Positions 1-10,519 are shown, numbered from the whole stretch's first letter. The stretch: 63,168 nucleotides of DNA, filler included, from Octopus bimaculoides (GCF_001194135.2; 7 parts of 6 records of this genome joined end to end with filler, not necessarily neighbours in it), one strand, 5' to 3'. Made by a program: numbers and translations. Notes: generated from the sequence alone by a model not told the origin.

Positions 1-319
1 CGTCTGCATCCTTTTTGTTCAGTGGGAAAGAGGTTATTCTCTTCCATAAACGAATATGTTTTCTCCACTAGAATAGATGTCAAAATCTTATAGGTAGTAG
101 ACAAACATGTTATAGGCCGGTAGTTTTTTGGATCTTTGGTTTCGTTATTTTTCGGGAGGAGGTAAGTAATATCATTTGCCATCCAATGGGGAGTTTTTTC
201 TGGGTCTTTCATAATACTATTAAATAGTATTACTAAGATTTTGTGTGCGGACGAGAGTGATGAGAGTCAGAAATTTGGTACTCTATCAGTACCAGGGGAT
301 TTCCACTTATGATTTCCAC

Positions 320-320
<1 letters not shown>
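1..320 (-). mobile_element. R4/Dong-clade (RLE) non-LTR retrotransposon, 5'-truncated RT fragment running off the window edge
   Basis: Minus-strand translation KWKSPGTDRVPNF*LSSLSSAHKILVILFNSIMKDPEKTPHWMANDITYLLPKNNETKDPKNYRPITCLSTTYKILTSILVEKTYSFMEENNLFPTEQKGCRR is the RT N-terminal region (NYRPITCL, EQKGC). The 5' junction lies in an (AAT)n run. Confidence 0.85.
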
Positions 321-350
<30 letters not shown>

Positions 351-352
351 CA

Positions 353-432
<80 letters not shown>
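319..432. repeat. (ATT)n microsatellite, tail/target between two R4/Dong fragments
   Basis: About 38 near-perfect ATT units. Confidence 0.97.
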
Positions 433-434
<2 letters not shown>

Positions 435-750
435 TAGACACTGAACAGATTAGACTGCTGGAAAAGAAAAGCCTAACAACAAGTAGCCTTAGATGCCAAG
501 AGCCCTTTTAAGTTTCCTAGCTGTTGCTAATAACATTGTTTTCTGTAGCTGTACTAAACTGGGTATTATGCCTATTTCATCTATCCTTCTGTTCAAATCT
601 TTAAGGGTAGTTTCCAACATCCGTTTTCTATCGCCCCTTGTTTTAGGTCCACTTTCTAAGTCGCAATGTATCCCTATCCTGTTTTCTTTGCTGGTCCACT
701 TCCCCCTCCTTGGTCTATTATCTGCTGATGTTGTATTAGGATGACAACTG
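433..750 (-). mobile_element. Internally deleted mini R4/Dong element (N-terminal motif fused to C-terminus and 3'UTR)
   Basis: One frame reads PRRGKWTSKENRIGIHCDLESGPKTRGDRKRML|ETTLKDLNRRIDEIGIIPSLVQLQKTMLLATARKLKRALGI*, followed by a short UTR and an (AAT)n tail. Confidence 0.7.
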
Positions 751-829
751 TATTATTATTGTTGTTGTTATTGTTGTTGTTGTTGTTGTTGTTGTTGATG
801 TTGTCGTCGTCGTTGTTATCATTATTATT

Positions 830-1990
830 CGTGAGCCGTGTTTTCTTCTCCACATCAACTTGGCTCTAGCGTGTATTAGCAAAACATGTTACTCATGGTG
901 CAAGACAGCTTAGTTCAGTGGACAGAACGTGTTGATGCAGTTCGTGCACTTGATGATGGCTGTCAGGGCAGAGATGTGGAAAATATACATTAAATTTCTG
1001 AGATTCATTGAGCAATTCAAAGAATTTGCAACATTGGAGTTGAATTTTTGCATCAGATGCTAGTCATACGTGATCGAAATTTTGTAGTCAATACTATTGT
1101 TAACTTGGTGCAATCGCTATGAGACACAGTGCAGAATAAAGGAAACCAGTTTGATACATGTTGGGAAAATAGTTTCAAGAAAGTTGACTATATTGATTGT
1201 AGAGGAGAAGAAAGAGCCGAGTTAAGGAAAAGAACAGGAAATACGTTGCTAGAGTTGCACCTGAGGCTGTTCTGATATCAAGTAAAAAAAATTCAAAGTA
1301 GCTACTTAATCACCTAGGATAATTTGCATACTGAAATCAATCATTCTTTGGAAGCAGATAAGTCGGTTAACAACTTTTGAATTTTAGAGAAGCTCGAAAG
1401 TCTGACAATGAGTGAAGCTGAAGAGACAGCAAAAACTTTTATCGAGAATTATTCAGATTTTGTTAATTTTCTCAAACAAAATCATAATTGGAAACAGGTG
1501 AGTTAAGTGAAAATGGGTAAAGGACACCGTAACGTATCTAGTTCTTATTCGTCTTGAATTCAGACATTTCGAGATGTGTAGATTTTTCAGATATTTATTT
1601 GAAAATAATGGCTGAAAATTGTGCAGGAGAATGAAGTTTTACCAAAGGGAGTGTTGTCAAAGATTATTTGACAATGATAGGTTTTAAGAGTGACAATCTT
1701 TGTCGGTCAACTTCGATATGACTACTGATAAATTTAACGGCAAAGGATGTTCGCACAGAGATCAATATAAAATTAAGTATTTGCTTAATGCCGTGGCCTA
1801 AATATGCATTCACAGATGTGATATGTGAACTGTAGTGTAACTATTTTGTAGTTAGACCTTTTAATAAAGAAATTCTTTTTTTTCTTTTTTTGAAAATAAT
1901 ATTTTTCCATAATGTAATTTTGTCATATTTGATAAGAGTGGAGATCCATTTGTTCGGTATAGCATCCGGCCAATGAGTACTGGTGATGGT
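830..1990 (+). pseudogene. Decayed hAT-superfamily transposase remnant
   Basis: Broken peptides QWTERVDAVRALDDG, LVQSL*DTVQNKGNQFDTCWENSFK, EETAKTFIENYSDF and a degenerate C-terminal segment (~SVNFDMTTDKF..KDVR) resembling the hAT dimerization domain. Many stops and frameshifts. Confidence 0.55.
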
Positions 1991-2536
1991 GGTGCTGGTA
2001 GGACATAGACTAATATTTTTTTTAAATTCTCACGTAAGAACTTTGCCCTAACATGGAGGGAACTCGTCAGGTTTCTTCGAGAATATCCTGATCGTTAGTG
2101 TTAGTGGATGCAATCAGGTATGGTGGGAAAGCAATCATTAGATGTAAAAGACTCACTAACCAGATTTTGCAAGTATGAACTTGGATAAACTGCATTGTGT
2201 CATTCCTGCCGTATTAGAGTTTTTGTCAGATTAGCGAATAGAGGCACTGCAAGATGTTTACTTAGATTTGAAGATTGTGATCCGATTCTGGGAAGATATG
2301 CGCAGTTTTCAGCGATATTTCCCTATTGTTAAGACAGTAGATGGTGTACTTGAAGACTCTCTCGAGTCTAGCGTAACTTTCACCAGGAGAGGAGAACTGC
2401 TGGGAAAAGTGGATAACACAGCAACAAAAAGATGGCAGAAGCGGGAGGTTGTGCTAGAGGCAAATCGCGGGGTTTGGGTACTCTGCTTTACGAAGGTTGT
2501 GAGTACATGCTAGATTTTTTTCGCTACTCTCTTGGC

Positions 2537-2537
<1 letters not shown>

Positions 2538-2569
<32 letters not shown>

Positions 2570-2708
2570 TGTTGTTGTTGTTGTTGTTGTTGTAACAGCA
2601 GCAGCATCAGAAGTTGTTGGCCAGTTATGTCTATGAATTATAACACTATAAAGCCAGTCAAAATCAAAGTACCATTTCCAAGACAGCGTAGAGTAGTGGT
2701 GGTGGTGA

Positions 2709-2747
<39 letters not shown>

Positions 2748-2765
2748 CAGCAGCAGCAGCAGCAC

Positions 2766-2798
<33 letters not shown>

Positions 2799-2913
2799 CA
2801 GCAGCAGCAACAGTTGTAGCGCCATTTCTTATCTACATCTCTTTTACGACTGCAATTAATAAACATAAACACGACTGCGTCTAGAGACACGTGCATCACA
2901 CCACCACCACCTT

Positions 2914-2952
<39 letters not shown>

Positions 2953-2955
2953 AAA
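2538..2955. repeat. Compound trinucleotide microsatellites (AGT, TGT, GCA, CTA)
   Basis: Direct reading; these explain the poly-S/V/A ORFs. Confidence 0.95.
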
Positions 2956-3595
2956 GCTCATTTGGAAATGTCAGAAATAATTAAAGATGCATGGCGGATA
3001 CGTTGTCATGTTTTGTTGATCCCGGATTTTCATTCTGTCTACGTTCACCTTTCATGCCGTTTACAACCTTCTCACCACCTGACGCTCTTCACTCCGCACA
3101 ACTCATCATACCTGTTACTGTGACTTTATATTCTCTGCAGCAGCCAACAATATTGCAGAAATATGACATATACACGCGCACACACACACACACCTACACA
3201 ACACATGCACAACTGTGCGTGTATGTATGCATATGTCTTTGCGGATGTGTATCTCTGTGTGCGTGTGTATGTGTGTGTGTACGTGTGTAAACGTGAATGA
3301 ACATATCTGGCGGACTTTATCTCAATCGACACTTTGGTAACATAGCTGCTTACTTTACAAGAAAAAGCAGAGAGCAATACGATAGTCACAAGATTACAAT
3401 CTACAAAAGAAAAAGATTCATGAGGAAAAATAAAGTATCATTGAAAAACCATCAAACATTATAAAAATACAAATGTAAACCGATTATTGTTGTTGTTGTT
3501 GTTATTATCATTATTAGTATTATTATTAGTATTATTATGATGAACATCATCATCATCACCGCCATCTTTACTACTACTCTTACTGCTGCTGCCGC

Positions 3596-3669
<74 letters not shown>

Positions 3670-3724
3670 CGTGCTCTGAATTCGTTTATTTATCACCTTT
3701 TGGTTTTAGTCGTGTATAAATATA

Positions 3725-3951
3725 TTGGGTTGTCCGGAAAGTTCGTGCCGATTTTTAAAGGAAAGAAAAAAGTCAATAAATAGTCGCCATTACATTTTTA
3801 ATCAACCAATATGAACCATTTTGTTGCACAATGCGTTTCCATCTTTCCTTTAACTTGAAAATACCCTCTTCCCAGAATTGAGGTGGTTTCATGGCAAATA
3901 AGTCGCAAGGTAAGCTACAATACATCGGCACGAACTTTCCGGAAAACCCAA
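3725..3951 (-). mobile_element. 227-bp mariner-derived MITE
   Basis: 27-bp TIRs TTGGGTTGTCCGGAAAGTTCGTGCCGA (3725-3751) and TCGGCACGAACTTTCCGGAAAACCCAA (3925-3951, 1 mismatch); TA on both sides; interior encodes the mariner C-terminus KPPQFWEEGIFKLKERWKRIVQQNGSY. Confidence 0.92.
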
Positions 3952-3989
3952 TACAAATACATATATCGATGGATAGATAGATAGATAGA

Positions 3990-4180
3990 TAGATAGATAC
4001 ATTTCTTTTATTAGCCACACAGGGCTCAACGAAGATGGGACAAATACAATGTAGAGCTTTTCTTTTTGGGAGGGGGAAGGAAAAAAAAGGGGGGGGTCGA
4101 TCAAAAGGGACCGTAGGAAGGAAAAGGGGGTAGTTCGATCAAAAGGGATCAAAAAAAAAGGGCGACCAATAGGGATCAGA
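3990..4180 (-). mobile_element. Tx1/L1-type 3'UTR and tail fragment
   Basis: Minus strand is pyrimidine-rich and ends ttgtcccatcttcgttgagccctgtgtggctaataaaagaaat, homologous to the tails at 6687-6735 and 8160-8206. Confidence 0.65.
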
Positions 4181-4244
4181 TAGATAGATAGGTAGGTAGG
4201 TAGGTACGTAGGTACGTAGGTAAGTAGGTAGATAGGTAGGCAAG

Positions 4245-4313
<69 letters not shown>

Positions 4314-5007
4314 GGATGGATAGGTAGGTAGGTAGGTAGATAGATAGATAGACAAATAGATAGATATGTATGTTTATATATATATGTATGCATGCATATA
4401 TCATAGAAACACATGTATACATGTATGTATGTATGTATGTATGTATGAATGTATGTAGGACACAATGATAATCTAAAGGACTAATAATCATTACAAAAAT
4501 ACAGCAGATTATTTTCTCATTCTTCGTATTAAAAATCTCTGAAGCAAGCAAGATCAGATTGGCTGATGTCATTAGGGAATCTTCTTTCAGCCGTGACTTG
4601 ACTAAATCTTTTTCTAAAGATTGTCGCCATTTTATTTTTTTTAATTTTGTCGTTTTTGCAAATGAGAAACAAAACAAACTTAAATCAATAACACGAAAAA
4701 TGGAAAAACATATAACGAGAAATATAAGATGAAATAATGAGTTTCTTATTATATATTCCCTTCCGGGTCTACTGAAGTTCAACGCAAAGTGTATATACTG
4801 CTGTTGTTAGTGACGTCCATTGTTACATCTGTAATGAAGTATAAAGATTTGATCATGTTTTTCGTATTAACGTTTGTCACGATGAATAATCATTCAAATT
4901 TTCAAGTGAATATTTTTCTACACAGGGAGTATATATGAGTATATTGTATGTACGTAACTATATCTTTATGTAGTAATCTATATATATATCTACCTATCTA
5001 CCTACCT

Positions 5008-5045
<38 letters not shown>

Positions 5046-5974
5046 NNNNNNNNNNNNNNNNNNNNNNNNNNNNNNNNNNNNNNNNNNNNNNNNNNNNNNN
5101 NNNNNNNNNNNNNNNNNNNNNNNNNNNNNNNNNNNNNNNNNNNNNNNNNNNNNNNNNNNNNNNNNNNNNNNNNNNNNNNNNNNNNNNNNNNNNNNNNNNN
5201 NNNNNNNNNNNNNNNNNNNNNNNNNNNNNNNNNNNNNNNNNNNNNNNNNNNNNNNNNNNNNNNNNNNNNNNNNNNNNNNNNNNNNNNNNNNNNNNNNNNN
5301 NNNNNNNNNNNNNNNNNNNNNNNNNNNNNNNNNNNNNNNNNNNNNNNNNNNNNNNNNNNNNNNNNNNNNNNNNNNNNNNNNNNNNNNNNNNNNNNNNNNN
5401 NNNNNNNNNNNNNNNNNNNNNNNNNNNNNNNNNNNNNNNNNNNNNNNNNNNNNNNNNNNNNNNNNNNNNNNNNNNNNNNNNNNNNNNNNNNNNNNNNNNN
5501 NNNNNNNNNNNNNNNNNNNNNNNNNNNNNNNNNNNNNNNNNNNNNNNNNNNNNNNNNNNNNNNNNNNNNNNNNNNNNNNNNNNNNNNNNNNNNNNNNNNN
5601 NNNNNNNNNNNNNNNNNNNNNNNNNNNNNNNNNNNNNNNNNNNNNNNNNNNNNNNNNNNNNNNNNNNNNNNNNNNNNNNNNNNNNNNNNNNNNNNNNNNN
5701 NNNNNNNNNNNNNNNNNNNNNNNNNNNNNNNNNNNNNNNNNNNNNNNNNNNNNNNNNNNNNNNNNNNNNNNNNNNNNNNNNNNNNNNNNNNNNNNNNNNN
5801 NNNNNNNNNNNNNNNNNNNNNNNNNNNNNNNNNNNNNNNNNNNNNNNNNNNNNNNNNNNNNNNNNNNNNNNNNNNNNNNNNNNNNNNNNNNNNNNNNNNN
5901 NNNNNNNNNNNNNNNNNNNNNNNNNNNNNNNNNNNNNNNNNNNNNNNNNNNNNNNNNNNNNTATATATATATAT

Positions 5975-6686
5975 ATTGGCTCATCCCATAAATAATGCGT
6001 TTTTTTATACTCCTTTTACTTTTCAAAGTTAAGATAAACAAAGTTCTTTTTGAATCTAAGATATACTCTCCTTCATTTTCTACAATGCACTGCCAACCTA
6101 TCTAGTAGACTTGCAAAGCCCCTCTTTCATAATTCACTTATCCGTGATGAACAATATTCCCCCAGTACTGTTCTGACCTCGTCTACAAAATTCATATTTT
6201 TTCCGTCCAAACGATTTTGAAGACTGTGGAATAAATGATAATCAGATGGGGTAATGTCCGGTGAATATGGTGGGTAGGACATCGTTTCCCATTCAAACTG
6301 TTCCAGCCTTTGGAATGTCATCCTCGTTGTATGNNNNNNNNNNTCCTAGCTTCTCTGATAGTCCCTCAACAGTTACAATGGTATTTTGTTCCAATAGGGT
6401 TTACAGGATATCCTCGTTGAGCTTTACAGATCTTCCAGGATGAGGCTCATCTTCTAGGGTATAGTTTCCAGCTCGGAATTTCTGGAACCACCGTTGACAC
6501 TGGCTTACACTTATTATCCGATCCTCATATTTCATACTCCTCGCACTTTCCATTGCGTTGTTGCCTTTATTGAACTCATAAAGCAAAATATGCTGAATAT
6601 GATCTTTTGTCACTTCAAATATAGCTTTGAAAAAATAACTGTTAAAATCGAACTGCACTCTTCTTAAACTTGCACTAAGAATAAGG
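5975..6686 (-). mobile_element. Mariner transposon, 3' part (internally deleted transposase pseudogene)
   Basis: EVTKDHIQHILLYEFNKGNNAMESAR...CQRWFQKFRAGNYTLEDEPHPGRS (HTH) and WETMSYPPYSPDITPSDYHLFHSLQN (YSPD..PSDY motif); terminal TTGGCTCATCCCATAAATAATGCG next to TA. Confidence 0.92.
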
Positions 6687-8165
6687 TGATTTTTTTTTGT
6701 TTCCCACAAGGGGACAGCATAGAAGAAGACAACACAATCTGATTTGGAGTCAGATGAACAAATGGTTATAAACATAAATATGAGATTAAAAATTCACAAA
6801 ATATGAAAATATAAAGAAATCGAATGATAGGACAGACCGGAAGACATTACGGATGGAGTGGGGCGGGTTTAATTCGGATCCCACGAACCCCACCTCACCA
6901 CTGATACCTGGGATAGTCCTGAGTCACATTCATGAGGTTACATTCACATGCAACATCCGTGCTACATTCTTCCATCGAATTTCGAACATTTTCCCGGTCA
7001 GGCATTTTCTCTCTAGCCCTATTTTATTTTTAAGGTGAAAGGTGAAATAATTCCCCAATTCAGGGCCAGAGATGAAGGTGCCTGACTTTAACCCTTTCGG
7101 CCTCGTCTTCCAAATCACCTCTCTCGCAATTGCTACTACAATGAGAAAACAATTCTTACCTTCTTTCGATAGGAAATCAGGCGGGTAAATTTTTACTATA
7201 GACTCAGTCGAGAGCTCAACTCTTCTTGCACTTGACAACAGTTGTTCAGCTTAAACCCACACCTCTGACACTTCCAAACACTGAACAATAGCGTTTCACT
7301 ATCTCGCTCACATCTTGGACAGATCGAAGGGCAGTGGCCACCATGCCTTGTGAGCTTGTCCCGAACAGGTAAAGCTCCTGGGTAACACTGCCAATCCAGA
7401 AACTTCTGAAAGTTGTCCAGGGTCATTGACCCGAATGTACGTCGGAACAAACTGGCCAGCTGATTATCGTCGAGACCTGGGGTTTCCCCTAAGGTATCGT
7501 CACATTCCGCCTCTACAAGCTCTCTATAAAATAATGCAGTGGAATCTCCACTGCAGGCATTGCCCGAGTGATGGAATAGCAGTAGAGCCTTGCGACACTC
7601 CGTAAACCATGTACCCAACTTTGATCTTCGATGGAACCAGGTTTCCCGTCCACCGAAACTAGTGAACTTAGGAAACATCTGTTTCGCTAGCGGAGGCCAC
7701 ACCCGTTCACCATCCAAGTATAGTCACCACCAAGACCAGATCTTGACGATGTGGGTCACCCCGCTTTATGCCTCGGCCTAATTCTTCTCTATTTAGAGGT
7801 CTGGTCCGAACCAAACTCCTAGCAATTTAATCGGACCCTCCGTCCAACGTCCCATGATGCTATCAGGTCTCGACTTGCCTCTCCAGGTGTCGAGTTGCAA
7901 GGTAACTGACTTTTCACGATTAACCTTTGCTCCTGCCACCATCTCGTAAACCTTAATGACCTTGCCTCCCCTCTGTAGATTATCTATTTCGGTTACGATG
8001 ATGGTGATGTCATCCGCATAAGCTGAAACCGACTTTCTTCATCCCGCTCAATTTTCGCAGTAATGGCTCAAGAGCCATGGCTATCTCTCGATTTTATCGA
8101 GAAAAAGCATAACTTGACACCACTGCCAATGCAGCACAAAACAATTCAAATAACAATACTTCAAT
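6687..8165 (-). pseudogene. Tx1-type ORF2-derived unit (RT C-half, zf-RVT, C-terminus) preceded by a second 5'UTR copy
   Basis: MALEPLLRKL, VSAYADDITIIV (YADD at 8009-8020), KVNREKSV, GPIKLLGVWFGPDL, LPVRDKLTRHGGHCPSICPRCERDSET, AIAREVIWKTR; internal stops. Confidence 0.85.
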
Positions 8166-9794
8166 GCCTACAAGGGGCCAACATAGATGGGACAACACAA
8201 AGACATGTGGGGACATATAACATAAAACTTAAAATAAAATTACAAATAAAATTATAAAAATGATAATATGAAATGAAAAGGAAATGAAAAATGGAAATGA
8301 GCTGCTTGCCCCACCACAAGCAGTATCACTTACTCCTTTGGAATCCTTTCTTCACGTCGTTTCCATATTTTCCCAACAGAACCTCACATTCAATATTGTC
8401 CGGTACTTTTTTTTTTAATGTCCCCGTGTATTCTCCACATTCTTGCATCTTTTTGTATTTTTCTGATTTTCCTCCATTTGTGCTTCTGAGATCAGAACAC
8501 ACACATGCCACCCGAGTGTTTCATGATATTTTTCAGTGTTCACAAATCTAGCTGTTTTCCAGCTTGTTACTTTTTGAATTAGTTCCGTGCTTTCTTTGTT
8601 TATCGATATATAAACGTAATTCACTTCGTGGGGAATTGGACGCTTTGTTCTTTGTTGTGCATGTGTTTCTTTTTTATTTTTTGCTAGTGTAGGAGGGGGA
8701 AAGGTGGGTTCGGTGTCTGTAGGGAGGAGGTGGGTCGCAGAGGGTATGGGTGGGGTGGGTAAGGCTTGGGGTTCCACAATATACTGTTCCTTTTTCTCTT
8801 CCTTTTCCTTCAGCAAGCTTCCATTCGTCTTCTCTTTCTTTCTTTTTTCTTTTTCCACTTCTTGCTTCTTTTCCAGTATCCTTTCTTCTGTCTGCTTCTG
8901 CTGAGGGTAGTGTGCTCTAATGTGACCTTTATGACCACATTTGAAATAGCGTGGAGTCCTGCTCTCCACCCACACTTTCAGCCCCAGGTCTTCTGTCAAT
9001 ACCGTCTCTGCAAAATTTTCTAGTGTCTCCCCGTCTGCCTGTACGATTAGTTCCAACGTTTGGCCTCTCCAAACCGAACTATCCGTTTTTGTGGCTTGGA
9101 AGAGGTTACTTCTTCTCCACTTCCCAGGAGAACAGCTGTCACGACCCAAGCCACATCAATTTCCGGTGGAATTCCCTCCACCTTTATCTTTGACGTCCAT
9201 TTTCCCATATAAGTTGGTAGAAAGACCACCTTATCCGTCTGTATTGTTTTTACCGCGTTTTCAATTGCTTTTTCTTGTTCTGTAGTAGACTATGATAGTT
9301 CCGTATTTATTCTCTCTGGCCAGGTACGTAATGTCTGGCCAGACTGAACATAATGCCTTCACTAAAATTCCTTCTTCCATGTGTTCGATTTTTCTTTTCT
9401 GTACCGAGTAGACTTTGTATATCACGGTTTTTCTATTAATTTCTTCTATTTTCTTCTGGGGTGGTGACAGCCTAACGTCACCACCCATTTTGCATGCCAT
9501 TTTTTACGTCTCTTTTGGTATTTGCTAGGTTCACCTCTTTCTTCTTTACTTCTGCCGCTTCAGCGAAGCCTTTCTGTGTCAGTAGTTCATCCATCTTTTC
9601 GATTGCGATAACCATTTCCTCCTCCGCAGAGGACAATTCGGAACCACTAAGGTCCGAATAAAAATAACTTTTAACCATAACCATCTCTCGATTTTATCGA
9701 GAGAAAGCACAACTTGAAACCACAACAATAATTCAAATAACAGCAACTTCAACCAATAATCAAACTTCAACTAAACTTTAACTCACCAGACGAC
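8160..9794 (-). pseudogene. Tx1-type ORF1 (gag-like) unit with its own 5'UTR, 3'UTR and tail; frameshifted
   Basis: Peptides MVMVKSYFYSDLSGSELSS..., RKTVIYKVYSVQKRKIEHMEEG..., SKIKVEGIPPEIDVAWV..., degenerate zinc knuckle PRYFKCGHKGHIRAHYP (CX2CX4HX4C with two C>Y). The 3' tail follows with no endonuclease sequence in between. Confidence 0.8.
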
Positions 9795-9901
9795 AAACTT
9801 GCACTAAGAATAAGGACTACCTGCTTTTATAGCAAGTTGATGCAGGTAGTTTATCCCGTCCCTCTCCAACTTTTAGTTCATGCAATTGAAAAAACCCAAT
9901 A
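9795..9901 (-). mobile_element. Mariner transposon, 5' end, separated from its body by the nested Tx1 insertion
   Basis: Continues the mariner across the 21-bp TSD. It starts TA-TTGGGTTTTTTCAATTGC, which appears to be the TIR with about 20 bp deleted (inference). Confidence 0.75.
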
Positions 9902-9973
9902 TATACGTCGCTAAAGTGACTGAGGGCACTAGTCAGCACCAATTGTGACCTCATTCACTTTAGTGACGTATAT
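9901..9973. repeat. 73-bp inverted-repeat hairpin
   Basis: ATATACGTCGCTAAAGTGA pairs with TCACTTTAGTGACGTATAT (1 mismatch), extended by TGAGG/CCTCA and CAC/GTG. Confidence 0.85.
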
Positions 9974-10006
9974 ATTTTTGCCTTTCGGTTGTAAAATTGC
10001 GAAAGA

Positions 10007-10304
10007 AATTAACGAAGGAAAATGCACACAGTTTTAATATAATTTTTAATATATCAACCGGTTTCGCTTTCGCTATTCATGACATTAAGATTTAATTATT
10101 TAGATACGTATTTTCTCAAGAAGAGACTTTTTGGTCCATGTGTGTGATATTTTTGAGTGAATGATACAATGGTTGTACCTTCTTGAGAAAATATGTATCT
10201 AAATAATTAAATCTTAATGTCACGAATAGCGAAAGTGAAATTTGTCGATATATTAAAAATCATATTAAAACTATGTAAAGTGTGTGCATTTTCCTTCTTT
10301 AATT
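10007..10304. repeat. About 300-bp foldback palindrome, probably inverted Penelope-like termini
   Basis: Arms 10007-10123 and 10179-10304 with a 55-nt loop; the left arm reverse complement contains GCGAAACCGGTT, a PLE/hammerhead-like end. Confidence 0.75.
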
Positions 10305-10458
10305 TTTTATATATATCACAACTCACCACGTGGGGATAATCGAAATTCCTCCTTTTCTGTTACTAGGAACTCCATCATAGAGTAACTCCTTCATAGAGGG
10401 GCTCCTTCATAGAGTATATAGACACATTGGCTACTTGTTTCTCTGAAGACTGTCAGAA

Positions 10459-10519
10459 TGATGTGGATGCTTCTGATGAGAACCCAATAAGGTTCGAACA
10501 TCGATTAAGGTTATTCATC
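10459..10519 (+). ncRNA. Type I hammerhead ribozyme, copy 1 (A15.1>C)
   Basis: CTGATGA, stem II GAACC/GGTTC, GAAC, palindromic ATCGAT, TA, then AGG pairing to the 5' stem I strand. Confidence 0.7.

Larger units (their letters stand above)
6687..9794 (-). mobile_element. 3.1-kb composite Tx1/L1-type retroposon insertion with a 21-bp TSD
   Basis: AAACTTGCACTAAGAATAAGG is duplicated exactly at 6666-6686 and 9795-9815; an A-rich tail abuts the TSD. Confidence 0.9.

Noticed and set aside
2050-2520. Non-repetitive, slightly GC-richer stretch with an 81-aa ORF
   Set aside because: It may be a decayed retroelement, but no diagnostic motif was recognised.
4948-6041. Long ORFs of 300+ aa spanning N runs (also about 36400, 39800, 50800, 59300)
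   Set aside because: They are open only because N codons are not stops.
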